A stretch of DNA of 64,000 nucleotides from Eledone cirrhosa (Eukaryota), in the NCBI GenBank assembly GCA_964016885.1, contig OZ024743.1, positions 191,952,001-192,016,000 on the forward strand, read 5' to 3'. The translations under genes and the position numbers were made by a program. The notes beneath the pieces were generated by a model. That model did not search any database. It was not told where the DNA came from and saw nothing but the letters and a program-made list of their open reading frames with translations. Each line of letters starts with the position of its first letter. The stretch's first letter is position 1. Below, one piece after another: positions 38,231-51,215 of the stretch.

Positions 38231-41200
38231 AATAGATAGTTGGAAGAAACAACTTGTGACCAAAATATGTCACACCATGAAAACTAAAATAAAATGAATT
38301 GGAAAAAAATAATAAAACTAATACAAATACATCACATTTCAGGTCAAAAGACATAGAACTGATTTATTTATTTTTTAATGATTCCATTATTTTTGATTTT
38401 CTAGCAGAAGTCCCAATGCTAGTTGCAGTTACTTCAGTTTAACCTCACTGGAAGATTTATACAACATAAGGAGTGGTGACAAGTTACCAGAATACATTTT
38501 TCTTAAATGTCTGTATCAGAATTTTGCCTAAAGGGACAGTACAGTAATAGGATTTTCTTTCTTTCATTCTTTCTGGGGGGTTTTTTTTATTCATTTATAT
38601 TTTCTTTATCCATTTCCAGGAGATGTGAATGTTGTATATGAAATGAACCTGCACAACCTCCCTTGAGATAGCCACAATGGAACTGTCAGAAAATATATCT
38701 AGCCAATGCTCTTTTTCTGAATATTTTCCACATTAGCTTCTTCAGAAATGTCTTGTTTGACAGAAAGTTAGTCACTTCTATTTGCTAGCAAGCATTGTGC
38801 AGCAAGTTATTTTAGCTTTACTATTTCCTTTTTGCTTTTATTTACTTATTTTTTTCTTTTCTTTTCTTTTTCTCTCTTTTTTTTTGGGGGGGGGGGGATC
38901 TTAACGTCTTGTACCTTTGTTGATACATTTTGATCTGTGAATGAAAAACATCTCATAACCAGAAAGAAAATTAGAAGAGAGATTGGCTCAGTTACCAATA
39001 TAGTTAATGTTTTATGAGTAAAGCAAGGATTTTATACTTTCTAAGAAGAGACAAGAAACAAACTACCTAAATATGTACGTGGGTGTGGCGGGGGGGGGGG
39101 GGGGGGCTTCTGTTTTGCTTCTGTTTTTCTTCTTATGTGCTTCGTTAGGTATAATTCTAAGAAACTATACTTCAAAAGGCCAATTTCCTCAGAGAATTAG
39201 AATTTCCACTTCAGTTTCAGCATTTTTTTTCTGTTTTGTTTTTTTAATCTTTTTATAATTAATTCATTTGAAACATGTTACTTTAAAGTGGTCATAATTT
39301 ACTCTCAGATTAAAAGATTTAAATCAAAGTAAGCTACTGCATGTAAAAACATGAAACCAAGGAAGTTTCCTATTACACATAACATTAACAGAGAAATAAT
39401 TCCCCTAACACATCAACAAATTGCATTATTTTATTCATATGAGTTTTATTTTTGTTCTGCACTTTTGTGACTATGGCTTATTAGCCAGATTTAAATAGAA
39501 AATAGTATGTCATGTCCACCTGAGGATAACAACTATATTTTATGTAGTATCATAATAATAAACACTAATAATAGATACAACAGAACTGAAACAAATACAA
39601 TGATCAGTAATCATCATCATCACCATCATGAGCTTCTATGTGGCCAATCAACTTGTTAGAAATCACAGCTGAATATATTTCAAATCCCAAATCTCATGAA
39701 AAAAAATTAGGATAATGTAGTCTTATGTTACACCACCACCACCACAAACCGCCACCATCATCATATCATCATCATCATGACAGTTTAGTGTCTATTTTCC
39801 ATGCTTGCATGGGATAGACAGGATGTCATATCCGGAGGCCAGACATGTGAGATGGGAGTGTCTTGCTCATACATTCCATTCTAGTATGGTTTCAATTATA
39901 ACTAAATGTCCTTCCTTATGCCAACCTCTTCACGGCTTATACCAGGTGGGTTTTATCATAGTATCTCACTACCACTTAATAGGGTGTGTTGGGTGATTTT
40001 AGCATGGCACCAACCCTTCAACTTTACTGTGTGGACTGGGTGCATTTTATGGTGGAACCAGGACTAACACTTTACAGTGTGAGTTGGGCACATTTTATTG
40101 TAGCACCAGCACTAACCCTTTACAGTGTAGGCTGGGTGAATTTTGTTGTGGCACAAGCACTATAACTTATTCTGCCCTCCTTAGCTAGTCTGGATAGCAG
40201 TGATGGGGGTGGAGAAGATGAGGACATGGGGAAGGCAAGAAGAATGTTACTTACCAAGGGAGTGATGTCAGAGGAAGGTGACCTGCAAAAGGAAGGGGAT
40301 TAGAGGAGGTGGTGGCCTACAAAGCATATTAGGTCTTCTGATGGCTGTAACATAAAGAAGGTGGGGGACTTCTTTACCGGGTAGATAGGTGAGGGTTCAA
40401 ATTTTGTTTCAATTAGAATAACCCTTTATGTAGTTTTATTCCATTAAAGAACATTATCTTGCTGGCTTTAATCTGCCTCGATAATATAAAGTAGCAACTA
40501 CTCTTCCTCCAAATCACTGAGAGAGCATCAGCTCACAAAAGAGCTTCTATGTAGGCTTTCAACCTGCTAGAAATCACAGCCAAATATATTTTAAATAACA
40601 CACAAATATTTAAAAAATAAAAATTAAAATATAGAATAAAACAGAAACATTGGATGATGGAGTCTTAATTAAACTATGCCTGAATAAAAACTGTGTAGTC
40701 ATGCCTGCAATGAGTTTCTTTATGAGCCAAATTTATCATTTCACATCCATTTTCCTATGCTTGCATGAGGTGGATGAAGCTCAGGGCTTATCCTGGTATT
40801 ACAGACATTAAGCAACTGAGAGTAAAACATTCCCTCGCTCCACTCTTGAACAGGACAATCCTGGACAGGACTATCCAGGCCAGTCCATCAGATGGCAAAC
40901 CCCTGATATTGCTGCTGCTACTAGCACTCATTTTCAACTGAGTGAACTGGAGCAATATAAAAAAAGTGCTTTGTTCAAGGACACAATATGTCACTTGGTC
41001 TGGGAATCGAACCCACATCTATATGATCATGAACCGAGCACCCCAATGACTAGGTCATCCACTTTCTCTGTCTTTAAAAATAAGTTTACTTAATCAGGGC
41101 TGATGGGCAGCAAATTGGCAGAGTCATTGTCAGAGAGAATGCTTTGCAATATTTATTCTGGCTCTCTGCACTCTCTACATACAAATATTGCCAAAGTCAA

Positions 41201-41389
41201 CTTTGCCTTTCAATATTTCTAGGTCACTAAAAAAAAAGTACCAATCTAGTATTGAAGTCGATTCTTTCTGTATATCTCTTTCTCACTTCCTCTCTCACTC
41301 TTCCTCACCTTCTCTACAAAAAATTGGCTAATGTTCAGACCTGGAGTGAGGATGGGCTCTGTTAGGTTTAAAATGTCCAAGACATGCTG

Positions 41390-41973
41390 TATGTCACTAC
41401 GGTTCTACTACAACTCCACCAGGAGTTACAGGTCTATATATACATATGCTGCAGCTATGGCAATGATGGCCAAATTGGCAAGAATATGGAGGAGCAAAAT
41501 CAGCTTTCAGACCAAGTACAGATTGTACAAATTGCTGGTAGTCTCCATCCTCCAATATGAGTGTGAAACCTGGACACTTTTGGCAGAAACAGAGAGAAGG
41601 ATCCAGACAATTGAGGAAAAATGCATAAGAAAACTCCTTCGTATTTCCTATTGGAATGTAAAACCAATGAATACATGTAGAGAAAAGATGAAAGTTTTGT
41701 GAGTCACCTTTTCCAGCCACGCTCAAGAGGAGGAAACCGATGTGGTTTGTCCCCATGACTGCCTGTTCAAGTCCATCATACAAGACACTGTTGAAGGTAG
41801 ATGCAGGAGGAGGCACCAACGCAAAAACTGGTTGGACAATGTCAAAGAATGGATGTACATGACTACACCAGATTTGCTGGTAGCCACTGTTGACAGACTA
41901 TTTTGAATGTACGCTACTTCTGCAATTAGATCCCCCTGACAACTACAGAAGTCAAGAGACTCATGATGATGAT
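41390..41973 (+). mobile_element. RTE LINE 3' fragment (different subfamily)
   Basis: ORF 41331..41702 contains WRSKISFQTKYRLYKLLVVSILQYECETWTL...RKLLRISY; GAT tail at about 41963. Confidence 0.85.
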
Positions 41974-42737
41974 ATACATAATCAGAGTTTAGCTGTGCTA
42001 AAAAACAGACCAAATACTTTTACTTCAAATGTGGTCAAGGACAAAACAAAAAAGTATATTCTTTCATGAATTAGTCAGAGCAAAATGGCCATTTCATATC
42101 TTCTGAGTTTGGTGAGATGCATATAGATAATATTAAGCTAAGGGAGTTGGAAAAGATAAAGTAGATAGTGCAGGGCTAAGGTAGCGAGATACATTAATGG
42201 GTGACAAAATGTAGAGCAACAGGTGTTTTAGTTGAGTTAGGGTGGAAAAGATATACAAGTAGCAGAGCAGAGACCATTGAAGTAGTGATAGAATGTGTGG
42301 AGAAAAACAATGAGGATAGAATATCTGTGAGTTAAAGATTGTAATGCGTTTGTGGGTGAGCCTTTGACTTTTTCATGCAGTTTTGGATGTTTTAGATATA
42401 ATACAGAAGAAAAAGAATAACAATAGTAAAGACTTGTGACATCACTTAATTTGAAAATAAGAATATCATCATCATCATTTAATGCCCATTGAATTAGATA
42501 AGTTGTCCTGACATTCTGAGACGAGTCAGATCAGATGACCATGTCTTGCTCATACAGAACTGTTTCTGGTTTACTTTCTATGGCTGGATGCCCCTCCTAA
42601 TGCCAACTGCATTTACAGCATGGACTGGGTCTTTTTATTGTGGTACCAAAATGACCACATTACAGGGTAGACTGGGTGCTTTTTGTCATGTCACCAACAC
42701 ATTCACCGTTTTCATTTATTTAATTACAATTCACAAT

Positions 42738-43083
42738 ATCATCATCATTTCATTTCATTTTACGTCTGCTTTTTCCCTGCTTGCAAGGGTGGGACAGGAA
42801 CTGATTCTGGGTTGATTTCTACAGCTGGATGCCCTTCCTAACACCAACCTCATTTACAGTGAGTGCTGGGTGCTTTTTTGCCGTGGCACCTCCACGACCA
42901 CTTTGCAGTGGAATGATAGAGACCCCAGTCCCTATCATCTCATTTCTACAGCTGAGTAAACTGGAGCAATGTGAAATAAAGTGTCTTGCTCAAGGAAACA
43001 ACACATCACCCAGTCTGAGAATTGAACTCACAACCTTTTGATTGCAAGGCCAAAGCTCTAACCACTAAGCCATGTGCCTCCAT
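42738..43083 (-). mobile_element. SINE family A
   Basis: Near-identical to the other family A copies (shared spurious ORF MPFLTPTSFTVSAGCFF). Confidence 0.9.
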
Positions 43084-43948
43084 GAATAAAAAGAAATTAC
43101 TTTCATTTTTTGATTGATATAAGTTTAAACACAAAAATTGTTAATTAGCCTAATGCAATTATTAATAGTATTGCAGAAATAATTCCACTTACAGTAGATA
43201 CTTATGTATCAGTCACGAGTAATGTTATTACCTAAAAAGTGCTCCAAAATGACCAACTCAACTTGAGTTGTTTATAAAGAAAAAAGACAAATATTCACAT
43301 GAGGAATGTCAAAATTCTACCAACTATTGGTGTGATTGATTATAAGTTTCATTTCACATTTCACATTTCCATTCATGTTATGTTCTAACAGCATTAAAAA
43401 TTAGACACATAATCTGAAATACAAAAAAGGTACTGGTGTTTTTATTGATGACATTTTGATAGCATCAGTTTCTATATCAGAGTATTTTAATAAATTACAA
43501 GTACTGTCAATATTGAAAACCAATAGGTTTTACTCTTAATAGAGAAAATGTAAATTTTTTATCTGAGAAATCGATTATCTAGGTATCATGTCTTCAGACA
43601 GATGCGCCATATTATAGCACAAAATAAATAATGAATTAAGGTCAATTGTATTTGTTGGTTGTAGCTGAAATGCAATGCTGCTTGGAAACATTACAGCTAA
43701 ATTCAGTGAGTGGCTCCTGCATTAATTTTCACATTAAATAAATATTATTATCATCTGGATTCTTGAATGTTTACTATCATTACAAACAATTTCAAAACTT
43801 GTTGGTGTGTTTGTGTCATGTTATTAAAATTAGGGTGGTGGGATTGTCTGTAAAATATAGGTATGGGTCCGGTGACGTTTGAGAAATCATATGAAGGTTC
43901 TGTGACAAAATAAGTTTTAGAATCACTGATATACACTATCATGTAGAG

Positions 43949-44132
43949 CAAGCATGTCAAACTGAGGGTCCTCCGAGGGCCACACACAACTAATTGCACA
44001 CATTACAACTAATCTTTTTATTTTATATTAAGAAGATAAAACATTCTCGTGCTGTAAAAACCTTTGTGCGGACCACAGGTGTGCTTGTAAAGGGTCGCAT
44101 GCGGCTCGCAGACCACATGTTTGGAATGCCTG
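43949..44132. mobile_element. hAT (Charlie-like) MITE
   Basis: TIRs caagcatgtcaaac / gtttggaatgcctg; 8-bp TSD atgtagag / ctgtagag. Confidence 0.8.
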
Positions 44133-44440
44133 CTGTAGAGTGTTTAACTGTGTAGGTCACAGAATGGTAGTTAAACAATGTCACATTTACTTTGTGATTC
44201 AGCCTTTTCTTGGGTGACTTATATACATATACACTGCCAGTGTATATGCTAAAGTAAAGATCAGTAAATTTTGGTTTAGTTTGGTTTCTGCTTTTTAGTC
44301 TGTTTTTTTTTTGTTTTGGGGTTTTTTTTTACACATATAGAACATTTATAGGATGATGAAATTAATTCATCTGTTTAGATTGTGGAAACACTTAACTTTA
44401 ACCATTTCTTTACTGTAATTCTAATAGAATACATTCTATT

Positions 44441-44790
44441 TCATCATTTCATCATCATCATTTCATTTTACGTCCGCTTTGCCCTGCTTGCAAGGGTGGG
44501 ACGGGAACTGATTCTGGCATGATTTCTACAGCTGGATGCCCTTCCTAACACCAACCTCATTTACAGTGAGTGCTGGGTGCTTTTTTGCCGTGGCACCTCC
44601 ACGACCACTTTGCAGTGGAATGATAGGGACCCCAGTCCCTATCATCTCATTTCTACAGCTGAGTAAACTGGAGCAATGTGAAATAAAGTCTCTTGCTCAA
44701 GGAAACAACACATCACCCGGTCTGAGAATTGAACTCACAACCTTTCGATTGCAAGGCCAATGCTCTAACCACTAAGCCATGTGCCTCCAT
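44441..44790 (-). mobile_element. SINE family A
   Basis: Near-identical to the other family A copies. Confidence 0.9.
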
Positions 44791-44850
44791 GTGCTTCAAG
44801 TAATTAATTAAGAGGTTTGAATGATTTATGAATATTATTAATTATTTTAA

Positions 44851-45040
44851 GGGTGGTGGATTGGCAGAATCGGTAGAGGGTCTGACGCCATGCTTTGCAG
44901 CATAGAGTTACAGCCTTTTACGTTCAGAGTTCAAATCCCACTGAGGTTAACTTTGCCTTTCATCCTTACGGAGTCGATAAAATAAAGAACCAGTATACAC
45001 TGGGATAATTGCTGGCCTTGTGCCAAAAGTAGAAACAATT
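44851..45040 (+). mobile_element. SINE family B
   Basis: Same B box and core as the other copies. Confidence 0.85.
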
Positions 45041-45259
45041 ATTAATCATTTTATTACTAAGATAAAGGTAGACCACGAAAAATATGGGCGGAGGTGGTGA
45101 GAACAGACCTCAGATCGCTGAAGCTCATGGTGGAGATGACGAAGGACCATGACAAGTGGAGAGATGCTGTGCTGAATAAGACCCGTCCCACCCTTACAAG
45201 CAGGGAAGAGCGGACGTAAAATGATGATGATGATGATGATGATAGTAACTTAACATATG

Positions 45260-45628
45260 GTTCTAGAATTCCATGTGCCTAACACCCATGGACATGCTTA
45301 CAAAATCAGTACAGCTCCCATGACATTTCAAAACATTTTTTCACGCTCAGAGTTGCCGAAGCATGGAACAAACTACCTACATTAGTTGTTAGATGTCGGG
45401 ACACTGCATCCTTCAAAACTTCTATGCTTCCCAAAATTCGCCAACACTACACCTTATATTTCCCCTCCATACACATGCATGCATGTATGTGTGAGTCTGT
45501 GTGTATATCATAACTCATACACTGTTCACTTTCATGACATTTGTACATTATTCTATGTACTATACATACACCTTTGAGGAGTTGTAGTGCACCTGAGCAC
45601 TGTACACAATAATTTTCATTATTATTAT
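45260..45628 (+). mobile_element. CR1-like LINE 3' end
   Basis: Reads NTHGHAYK...HFFTLRVAEAWNKLPTLVV...SFK, the typical CR1 ORF2 C-terminus, ending in an (ATT)n tail. Confidence 0.75.
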
Positions 45629-46545
45629 ATAAAATCATGGACAATTTTAATTGACATAGGAACCCTTTAAAATGAATGGTTTTATTTCATAGAATCAGAG
45701 CCAGATTTTGAGTGGGTTGATATGAAAAGTGTTAAAGATTATACTAAAAACAAGGTTATACAGACGATTGGACACTATCCCTTGAAATATAAACTCAGAG
45801 GCTGACTGAAATCTTATCCACTCAACCATTTCACATACCCATCCATGAAAACAACATCCATGCATAATTCAACAAATGACTAGATGAAAGCTTCATATTT
45901 CAAATACAAGAAACATGTTTAAAACAAATCACGAAGCTTTTATGAGAAGATAACTAGCTAATGTCTGCTTCCTTATTCAATATTCTAAATGTTGTAACAC
46001 AAGCTTCTTTCTCATCAACTAAACTACTCATAGAAAATCTCAGGACAGTTTCTATTCGAATTTGAATTAATCATACATTTGTCTTTATTGCCAGTTGATT
46101 GTCTTTCATCAAAGAATATGATTTCTTATTTTATTTTATTTTTGCAATGAATGTGCTACCATCGCTTCTAAGCTGATTTATAATACATCTCATACATCTC
46201 TTTCAGATAAAGTTTAAAAAAAAAAACAAGACTTCATGATTCTAAACATCCAGTTACACTGAAAGCTATAGAATTAAAAAGTACTAAAATAAACATGATA
46301 GAAATATTAAAATAAACATGATAGAAATATTGAGGCAAACATGATAAAAGAATTAAACTTCTGTTTTCAAAAAGAAAAACTAATATGTGAATTTACAAGC
46401 CATTAATCCAACAACATCAAGAAAGAACTTAGGATGGTAATATTATAACAATAGCGACATCATAACAATCACTCATAAAGAATAAGCTTCAAAGGATTAT
46501 ATCCTTATCCAAAGAAATTAAATCTAGTTTTCTTGTCAGCTTTAA

Positions 46546-46939
46546 CCCTTTAGTTTCCACAATTCTAGTGAAAGATACAACCTCTGTGTAATGGAGAATT
46601 GCTATACTGTCAGTGACCTCCCTTGACATGATAGAGAGCATGCGCAATGTTAGTCATGATGTTTTTATCACTGATTTCAGACTTGTTTTAGACGAACATT
46701 GGAAAATAGTTTCTTAGAGCCAGGTAACTAGCTGGCAATTCATATCATTCTGTATTTCAATTAATTTAAAATAACCAATATTTTCATTAGTAAGCTTATG
46801 TTTGGATCATTTCTTAACTAAAAACATCTTACATAAAATTCTCATGGAAAGTTTTAATATAAGTATCATACAAATATTTTAAAACGGTAGTTTTATATCA
46901 TAAAACCAGGACAGTTTAAGTTGGATGGTATCAGAAGGG
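46546..46939. mobile_element. TTAA-flanked non-autonomous DNA element (piggyBac-like)
   Basis: TTAA-CCCTT...AAGGG-TTAA. Related right ends tggtatc(g/a)aaagagttaa near 59030 and 62330. TIR match is short. Confidence 0.55.
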
Positions 46940-48052
46940 TTAAACTATTAAAAATGTAGCTGGGAGGCTAAATTTCTAGTAATTCTTTTGTTTTTTCAAT
47001 AGCCATATCAAAGGATGAATAGAAGCATTCATGAGCCATTTCAAGGCTTAGGTGACTGGTGAGAAGAAGTTCTTTGATGATTGGTATGCTGGCTCAATTG
47101 CTTGTAATGGTACTTAACCACCAAGTCCAAATGGTTTTTGTTGACTAAATTTCATTACAGGCCTTTGGTTGACCAGAGACACTTATAGAAGACACTCGAC
47201 TAAAGTGTCATGCAATGGCACCAAACTCATAAGCATGAAATTGCAAAACAAACTTGGTAATTACACACAGATTTGAACCCACATAACAATTGAGGTCCCA
47301 TAGAAATGCAACAAGACAGAATACCAAGTTAATAAAACAATCAATAATTACACTATATCTTACTGCTATCAGTTATGAGCTATACTTGCTCACAATATTT
47401 ATTTTACAGTTAAGTACACAACCATAATGGTAGTTGAGTGTCTGGGCAAAAACTAGTGTAGTACTGATAATGAAATGTAGATCTTTCAACTGGTAATAGC
47501 CTATTAACTAAGCCTGAAATGAATCAATAGTTATACAAGGGAAACTAAAATACCTAATAAATAAATAACTGGAAACAATGGAATAGGAAGTAATTAGATT
47601 TATGTTACTTAAAACATGTGTTGTATGAAAAATTCAGAGAAAACATTGAAGAGAATGTTGGTATAATGATGATATGTCTGTTTGCTTTTTGTCACCGCCA
47701 TCATTATCATTATCGTCATTGTCATCATCATCATTTTTCATCATCATCATTTTTAATTTCACATTTACCATGCTGGTACAGGCTGCATAACGCTTTGTGC
47801 TCTTCTTGATGCCAACCCATACCAACTGTTAAATATGATACTTTATCCAACGATCTCCGCTTATTAAAACATTAAGCTGTCACCAGCTGCTTTTAGGCAA
47901 AAAAACACATAATGATAAATGCACACACACACACAAACAAATTTCATATGCAAAGCAATGGGCATCCCAAGGCTATAGTAGAAGACACATGTTCAAAGTA
48001 CTAAATAGTAGAATTGAACACATGATGTTTTTACAAAGCAAAGTTTTTAACT

Positions 48053-48236
48053 GGATTGGCAGTATCGGTAGAGGGTCGGACGCCATGCTTTGCAGCAAAG
48101 AGTTACAGCCCTTTATGGTCTGAGTTCATATTCCGCCGAGGTTAACTTTGCCTTTCATTCTTACAGGGTCGATAAAATAAAGTACCAGTAATACACTGGG
48201 ATAATTGCTGGCCTTGTGCCAAAAGTAGAAACAATT
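48053..48236 (+). mobile_element. SINE family B
   Basis: Same family sequence, ending at (TA)n. Confidence 0.85.
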
Positions 48237-48869
48237 ATATATATATATATATATAGCGTTAGGAAGGGCATCCAGCTGTAGAAATCAAGCCAAAATCAGT
48301 TCTGTATGAGCAAGACATGGTCAGTTGACCTGGTATTGTTCACAACAGGACAATTCGTCTAACCCATGCTAGCGTGGAAAAATGGACATTAAACGGTGAT
48401 GATGATGTGGATGATATTTATATATATAAAGATGCAGGGTGCTCGAAATTTATGGAAACTATGGAAGAGGAAGAGCTAGAAAATGTTGGGATGAAGTAGT
48501 AAAAGCTGAGCTCGCACAATTAAACCATCCAAAGGATTGAGTTCTTTGGCAATATACTGTACTGTAGAAAACCGATCTTCCCATGTGCACAAGATAAAAC
48601 AAACATGTAAAGGACACTAGTCTGCATCAATCTTCCCCACCTTCTCATTTTAATACTCCCCCTTACACCTCCCCATTTTAATACAAACCTATCCCTCCCT
48701 TCCCACTTACCAACTGATTATCTAACCTTAGACCTTTCTCACTCACGTCCTCCATCCCTATCCTGTATACTCACCCCACCTCATTATCTAAGTACCCCAC
48801 CTTAACCCTCTCTTATTCACTCCCTACAAAACTCAGTTCCTCCCACTCTCTTGCTTATCCCACACCATT

Positions 48870-49680
48870 CTAGAATGGTGAAACATGAATCCTTAACGTT
48901 AAGTGGCAACAAAAGGTACCTGATACATAAATCCTTATAGATGCTGGATGCACAAGCATTGAATCTGCCATTATATCCTTTCAAATGTGTTGGGCAGCCC
49001 ATGTTGCCCGTATGAATTATTACAGACTCCCAAAACAACTATTTTACAGCCAATTGCACATTGAGAAACGCCCTCAGCACAAACCAAGAAAAAATATAAA
49101 GACTGTATAAAAACAACCTTAAGGATCTACAGATTGAAGTTCAGAACTAGGAAGAGCTAGCTTTAAAGAGGGTTGAATCGAGAGGACATGTGAAGGAAGG
49201 CTACAGAAGGTTTAAAGAGAGACATCTCAACCATGAAAGACCTAAGTGTCAGCTTCAAACAGTCCACAGTATGAACCTCAATAAGAACAAAGGGAGCTGG
49301 AAATGTGAAGTTTGTGGTCATCTAATGCTCTTTAAATCTGGGTACATCACTCATCTAAAATCATACGAAAGACCAACTGTATGCAGCATTGTCCCTCCAA
49401 TACTAGATGAGACATGTGTGGTAATCAGAAAAATATGCAAATCAATTTCTGGTCTTAAAAAGCATGAGATGACATCCCTCAAATTGACCCAATCAATCCA
49501 ATAGAAGGCACATCTTTTGTCTGTCACATTTGCTGCAGACCAGGAAAATCTGCAGCTGGATTTAAAAACCACCTAAGAGGTTACAAACGGAAGTTTGTGG
49601 ATGTTGGTGATGTTTGTGGATGTTGGGATACAGGTTAACAGAGAGACAACAATCATATGCAAAGATGAAGCAATCACCAT
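48870..49680 (+). mobile_element. Degenerate RTE/BovB-type LINE 3' part with C-terminal C2H2 zinc fingers
   Basis: Decayed W.GHV.RM...RLPKQLFY segment near 48990-49050, then CEVCG...SGYITH (49190..49504), ICKSISGLKKH and CHIC...AGFKNHLR. Confidence 0.7.
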
Positions 49681-49707
49681 AATATATATATGTGTGTGTA
49701 TATATAT

Positions 49708-51208
49708 AGAAACAGACATATACTACAAACCCACAGACTCCAAACAATACCTTCCATTCAACTCGTGCCACCCTAGACACACCAAAATGGCAATTCCTTA
49801 TAACCTAGCCAGAAGGATCTGCACAATAGTTTCAGATAAATACACATGCTACAGCCGACTAGAAGAATTAAAAAACACACTTATCAGCAGAAACTACCCA
49901 CCATTCCTAATCAACAATGGATTCCAACGTGCCCTAAAACTAGACATCCAGGAACTCAGACACCCCAAACCCAGGAATGAACCACAACAAAAAACTCTAC
50001 CATACATCTCCACACACAACCCCCTCAACAATGAGGTATTCGACACCATCCTCCAGAACATTCCTTTACTAAAAAGAGACCCAAGAATGAACAAAATCCT
50101 CCAAACACACAACATCATAAAGAGCAAAAGACAACCTAAATCCATAAAAAACATCCTCACACAAGCCAAAATCCAACAAACCCTCACAATGAACCCTACA
50201 GTAACAAAATGCGGAAGGCTCAACTGTGGCATATGCATAAATCTAATAGAAGGTTCAACATTCCATTTTAAACAAGGATAGCGTTTCACAGTTAAACACA
50301 ACGTCACATGTGCATCTGAAAACCTAATCTATGTTTTGACCTGCTCAGCTTGTCAAGAGCACTACATAGGACAGACAAAAAACAGCCTCCGTCAATGTAT
50401 GACCGTCCATAAATCACAAATTAAAATACAGGAATACAGAAAGATTGCATTTAGTGAACATATCGCCAATTGTGCTCACAACCAACATCCAAACTTTAAA
50501 ATTTTCCCCCATTTACAAATTCATAGACAACGCTACTTTCATCCAACATACCAATAAGGAAACATATTTCATTAACAAATTCCAACCTCTACTTAATGCT
50601 CTAAAAATCGGACCAATCTAAAACTGCAACAAACAATCAAACATTTACAAGTGTTACCTCCCTCACACCCTAACTAATCCTTTTTCTTAATAAATTAAAT
50701 ATCATCCAGCAAGAATTGCTTCCCCCTGCATATTAACTCTCTAAAAAGGGAAATCATATCAAACCTCAGTCCACCATTTGCCTCCATCATGAAATCATGG
50801 ATCAACTAAGCACTCTTGCTATATTAACACATTTTGATCTGCTTAACTTCAAGAACTATGCCTGTAAATAACATTATTTTTTCTTCCACATTGACTTTTT
50901 TATGCTCTACATTATGTCAGTTCTCTTTTTCTTTTTACTTCATAAACCTTGTTTATAAATAACATTATTCTTTCTGCACCTTCTCTTTAACATGTGTGAC
51001 ACCACACTAATACATTTCACTATCATTTGATAATGCATAAAAATGCTGAAACCGGTAATAGACAATTATTAAATATATAAATAGATAAATAAATGCCATT
51101 GTTAAATAATAAATAAATCAACTAATACCTTAACACTTCACACAAAGTAAAACATTTCGTTTTAATCATTTTCTAACCCAATAATCGTTTCTTTCTCCCT
51201 GTTTTCAT
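49708..51208 (+). mobile_element. 5'-truncated Penelope-like element (Neptune-type): RT thumb, Cys linker, GIY-YIG endonuclease, pseudo-LTR
   Basis: TDIYYKPTDSKQYL...HPRHTK...RNYP, then CGRLNCGIC...TC, then after one in-frame stop NLIYVLTC...YIGQT...H...EH and FINKFQPLLN. TA repeats at both ends. Confidence 0.92.
51020..51061 (+). ncRNA. Minimal type I hammerhead motif, U3:A8 variant
   Basis: ctatcat-TTGATAA-tgcataaaaatgct-GAAA-ccgg-TA-atag, downstream of the Penelope ORF and upstream of AATAAA. Confidence 0.7.
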
Positions 51209-51215
51209 ATATATA

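Noticed and set aside
36600-38297. Cluster of Cys/Val/Tyr/Ile-rich ORFs
   Set aside because: They arise from TA- and CA-rich low-complexity DNA.
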